This document shows positions 62,992 through 64,000 of a stretch of DNA of 64,000 nt, one piece after another (position 1 is the first letter of the stretch; each line of letters begins with the position of its first letter). A program made the translations under genes and the position numbers. Source of the DNA: a virus (taxonomy: Duplodnaviria; Heunggongvirae; Uroviricota; Caudoviricetes); the IMG/VR virus record IMGVR_UViG_3300029305_011675; one strand, written 5' to 3'. The notes beneath the pieces are model-generated. The model saw only the letters and a list, made by a program, of their open reading frames with translations, did no database searches and had not been told where the DNA came from.

Positions 62992-63020
62992 TTGACATTG
63001 CGAATAATTTGTGGTATAAT
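62992..63020 (+). promoter_or_regulatory. Sigma-A promoter ttgacattgcgaataatttgtggtataat
   Basis: Consensus -35 and an extended -10. Confidence 0.7.
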
Positions 63021-63051
63021 AATAACAAATAAGGATGAAGGAGTTGTAAAT

Positions 63052-63519
63052 ATGTATAAAGTAATTAACTTAAATGACCTTTCTACTGAAAAATTTCAAA
63101 CAGAAAAAGAAGCACTAATTTTCATCAATGGATTAGCAACCGCACTATCTTTCGTTGGTTATAGAATCCCCAGCATGCCTATGTCTTGTGGTATTTCTTA
63201 TGATACCCCGCAATTTTTAAAAGCAATCAAGACTGGCAGCGATGATAATGACTGTGAAGAAATCATTATGTTCGCACTAATGTCTTATGATAGAAACGAA
63301 TGTATTATCGTAACAAAAGAAAGTGTGAGCGATACTTGGGGTGCTAATACAGAAAGCGACTTTAATGTTCGCAGGACATCTGAAAAAATTGAACAAGTTG
63401 AAAAAGGTCTTAAAGACCTTGGTTATACTTCAATGAGAACCCAAAACACGCCTCATTGTTATATTCAGAAAACAGATATGGTTACATCTGAAATTTATAT
63501 TTTGAAGGATGGTGAGTAA
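63052..63519 (+). CDS. Hypothetical protein
   Basis: 155 aa. RBS aaggagt. Confidence 0.5.
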   Translation: MYKVINLNDLSTEKFQTEKEALIFINGLATALSFVGYRIPSMPMSCGISYDTPQFLKAIKTGSDDNDCEEIIMFALMSYDRNECIIVTKESVSDTWGANTESDFNVRRTSEKIEQVEKGLKDLGYTSMRTQNTPHCYIQKTDMVTSEIYILKDGE

Positions 63520-63520
63520 A

Positions 63521-64000
63521 ATGGCAAAAGAAACGAGAGCAATTTATGCAGGAAGTTTTGACCCCTTTACAAACGGTCATTTATCTGTTGTAGAAGAAGC
63601 AAGCAAGTTGTTTGATAAAGTTTTTGTTTGTATAGCAAATAATCCAAGCAAAAATCGAAAGACCGATGTTCGAGAGATGGCACTCGCTATTGGTAGAGTA
63701 CTTGGTCGTAAGGGATTAAATAATGTACAAGTTGTAATCACGAAAGGTCTCGTAGCAGAATTCTGCGAAATCAATGACATCGAATATCTTGTTCGTGGTT
63801 TAAGAAACACCTCCGATTATATGTACGAAGAAAATATTGCAAAAATCAATCACGAAATCAATCCAGAGTTAAAAACAATTTATTTTCGCGCCAAAAACGA
63901 TGTTATTTCTTCTTCAATGGTAAGAGAATTACATTCGTTTGGTAAAGACATTTCTCAATATTTACCTTCAGAGGTGCACGAAATTTTCGTTAAAAACTAA
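63521..64000 (+). CDS. coaD: Phosphopantetheine adenylyltransferase
   Basis: AIYAGSFDPFTNGHL is the HxGH-family nucleotidyltransferase motif and the C-terminus has ISSSMVREL. It ends with TAA at the window edge. Confidence 0.85.
   Translation: MAKETRAIYAGSFDPFTNGHLSVVEEASKLFDKVFVCIANNPSKNRKTDVREMALAIGRVLGRKGLNNVQVVITKGLVAEFCEINDIEYLVRGLRNTSDYMYEENIAKINHEINPELKTIYFRAKNDVISSSMVRELHSFGKDISQYLPSEVHEIFVKN

Noticed and set aside
19732-63020. Interpreting the shared promoter sequence (TTGACATT...TTTATGGTATAAT) at 19732, 22027, 23761 and 62992 as a cassette-specific regulatory element
   Set aside because: The same extended consensus also drives unrelated minus-strand genes (4112-4140, 29005-29035, 59178-59206 and 52430-52470). 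It is therefore the organism's general strong sigma-A promoter form, not a locus-specific signal. Only the 40986/46372 pair is identical beyond the consensus.
1-64000. tRNA, rRNA or tmRNA genes
   Set aside because: No cloverleaf-like conserved arms (GTTCGAATC or GGTTCGATTCC-type T-loops) or rRNA-like conserved stretches were seen on either strand.

Overview
This window is low-GC Firmicutes-like chromosomal DNA: near-consensus sigma-A promoters (TTGACATTG...17...TGnTATAAT), Shine-Dalgarno sites, many rho-independent terminators, and mostly mono- or short polycistronic units on both strands. The clearest element is a 12.4-kb Tn7-like transposon at 6045-18439. It has imperfect inverted ends built from ~20-bp repeats: four contiguous copies at one end and three spaced inverted copies at the other. 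A 5-bp target-site duplication (GTAAT) flanks it, and it sits exactly at the stop codon of a GatB/YqeY-family gene. Inside are tnsB-tnsC-tniQ/tnsD-like genes but no tnsA. The tnsA-proximal position instead holds an HTH regulator, a DUF559 (PD-(D/E)xK) nuclease fused to an SF2 helicase, and a beta-class amino-methyltransferase, which together form an atypical RM-like or defence module. Two unknown cargo ORFs lie at the other end.

Other content:
- two paralogous large type IV pilin-like genes flanking a minus-strand operon and a degenerate tandem-repeat array
- a Hint/BIL domain gene fragment at the window start
- a paralogous cassette region of unknown proteins, with ASCH, DUF3841 and PcfJ-like partners
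- a scattered NAD/ADP-ribose metabolism set: NadE, a NAMPT homolog carrying a ~100-aa insertion, an operon for a NADAR-nicotinamidase fusion plus a divergent Prs-like enzyme, and an operon for Nudix plus nucleoside deoxyribosyltransferase. Two of these units are driven by a duplicated ~50-bp promoter.
- three orphan DNA methyltransferases and an RNase HI with a Cauli_VI domain
- a MerR-vWA-SPFH/zinc-ribbon trio
- housekeeping genes: galE, metK, coaD, a CDF transporter, MgtC, flotillin, HD-GYP

No rRNA, tRNA or CRISPR array was seen. Coordinates of non-ORF features are approximate to within 1-2 nt.
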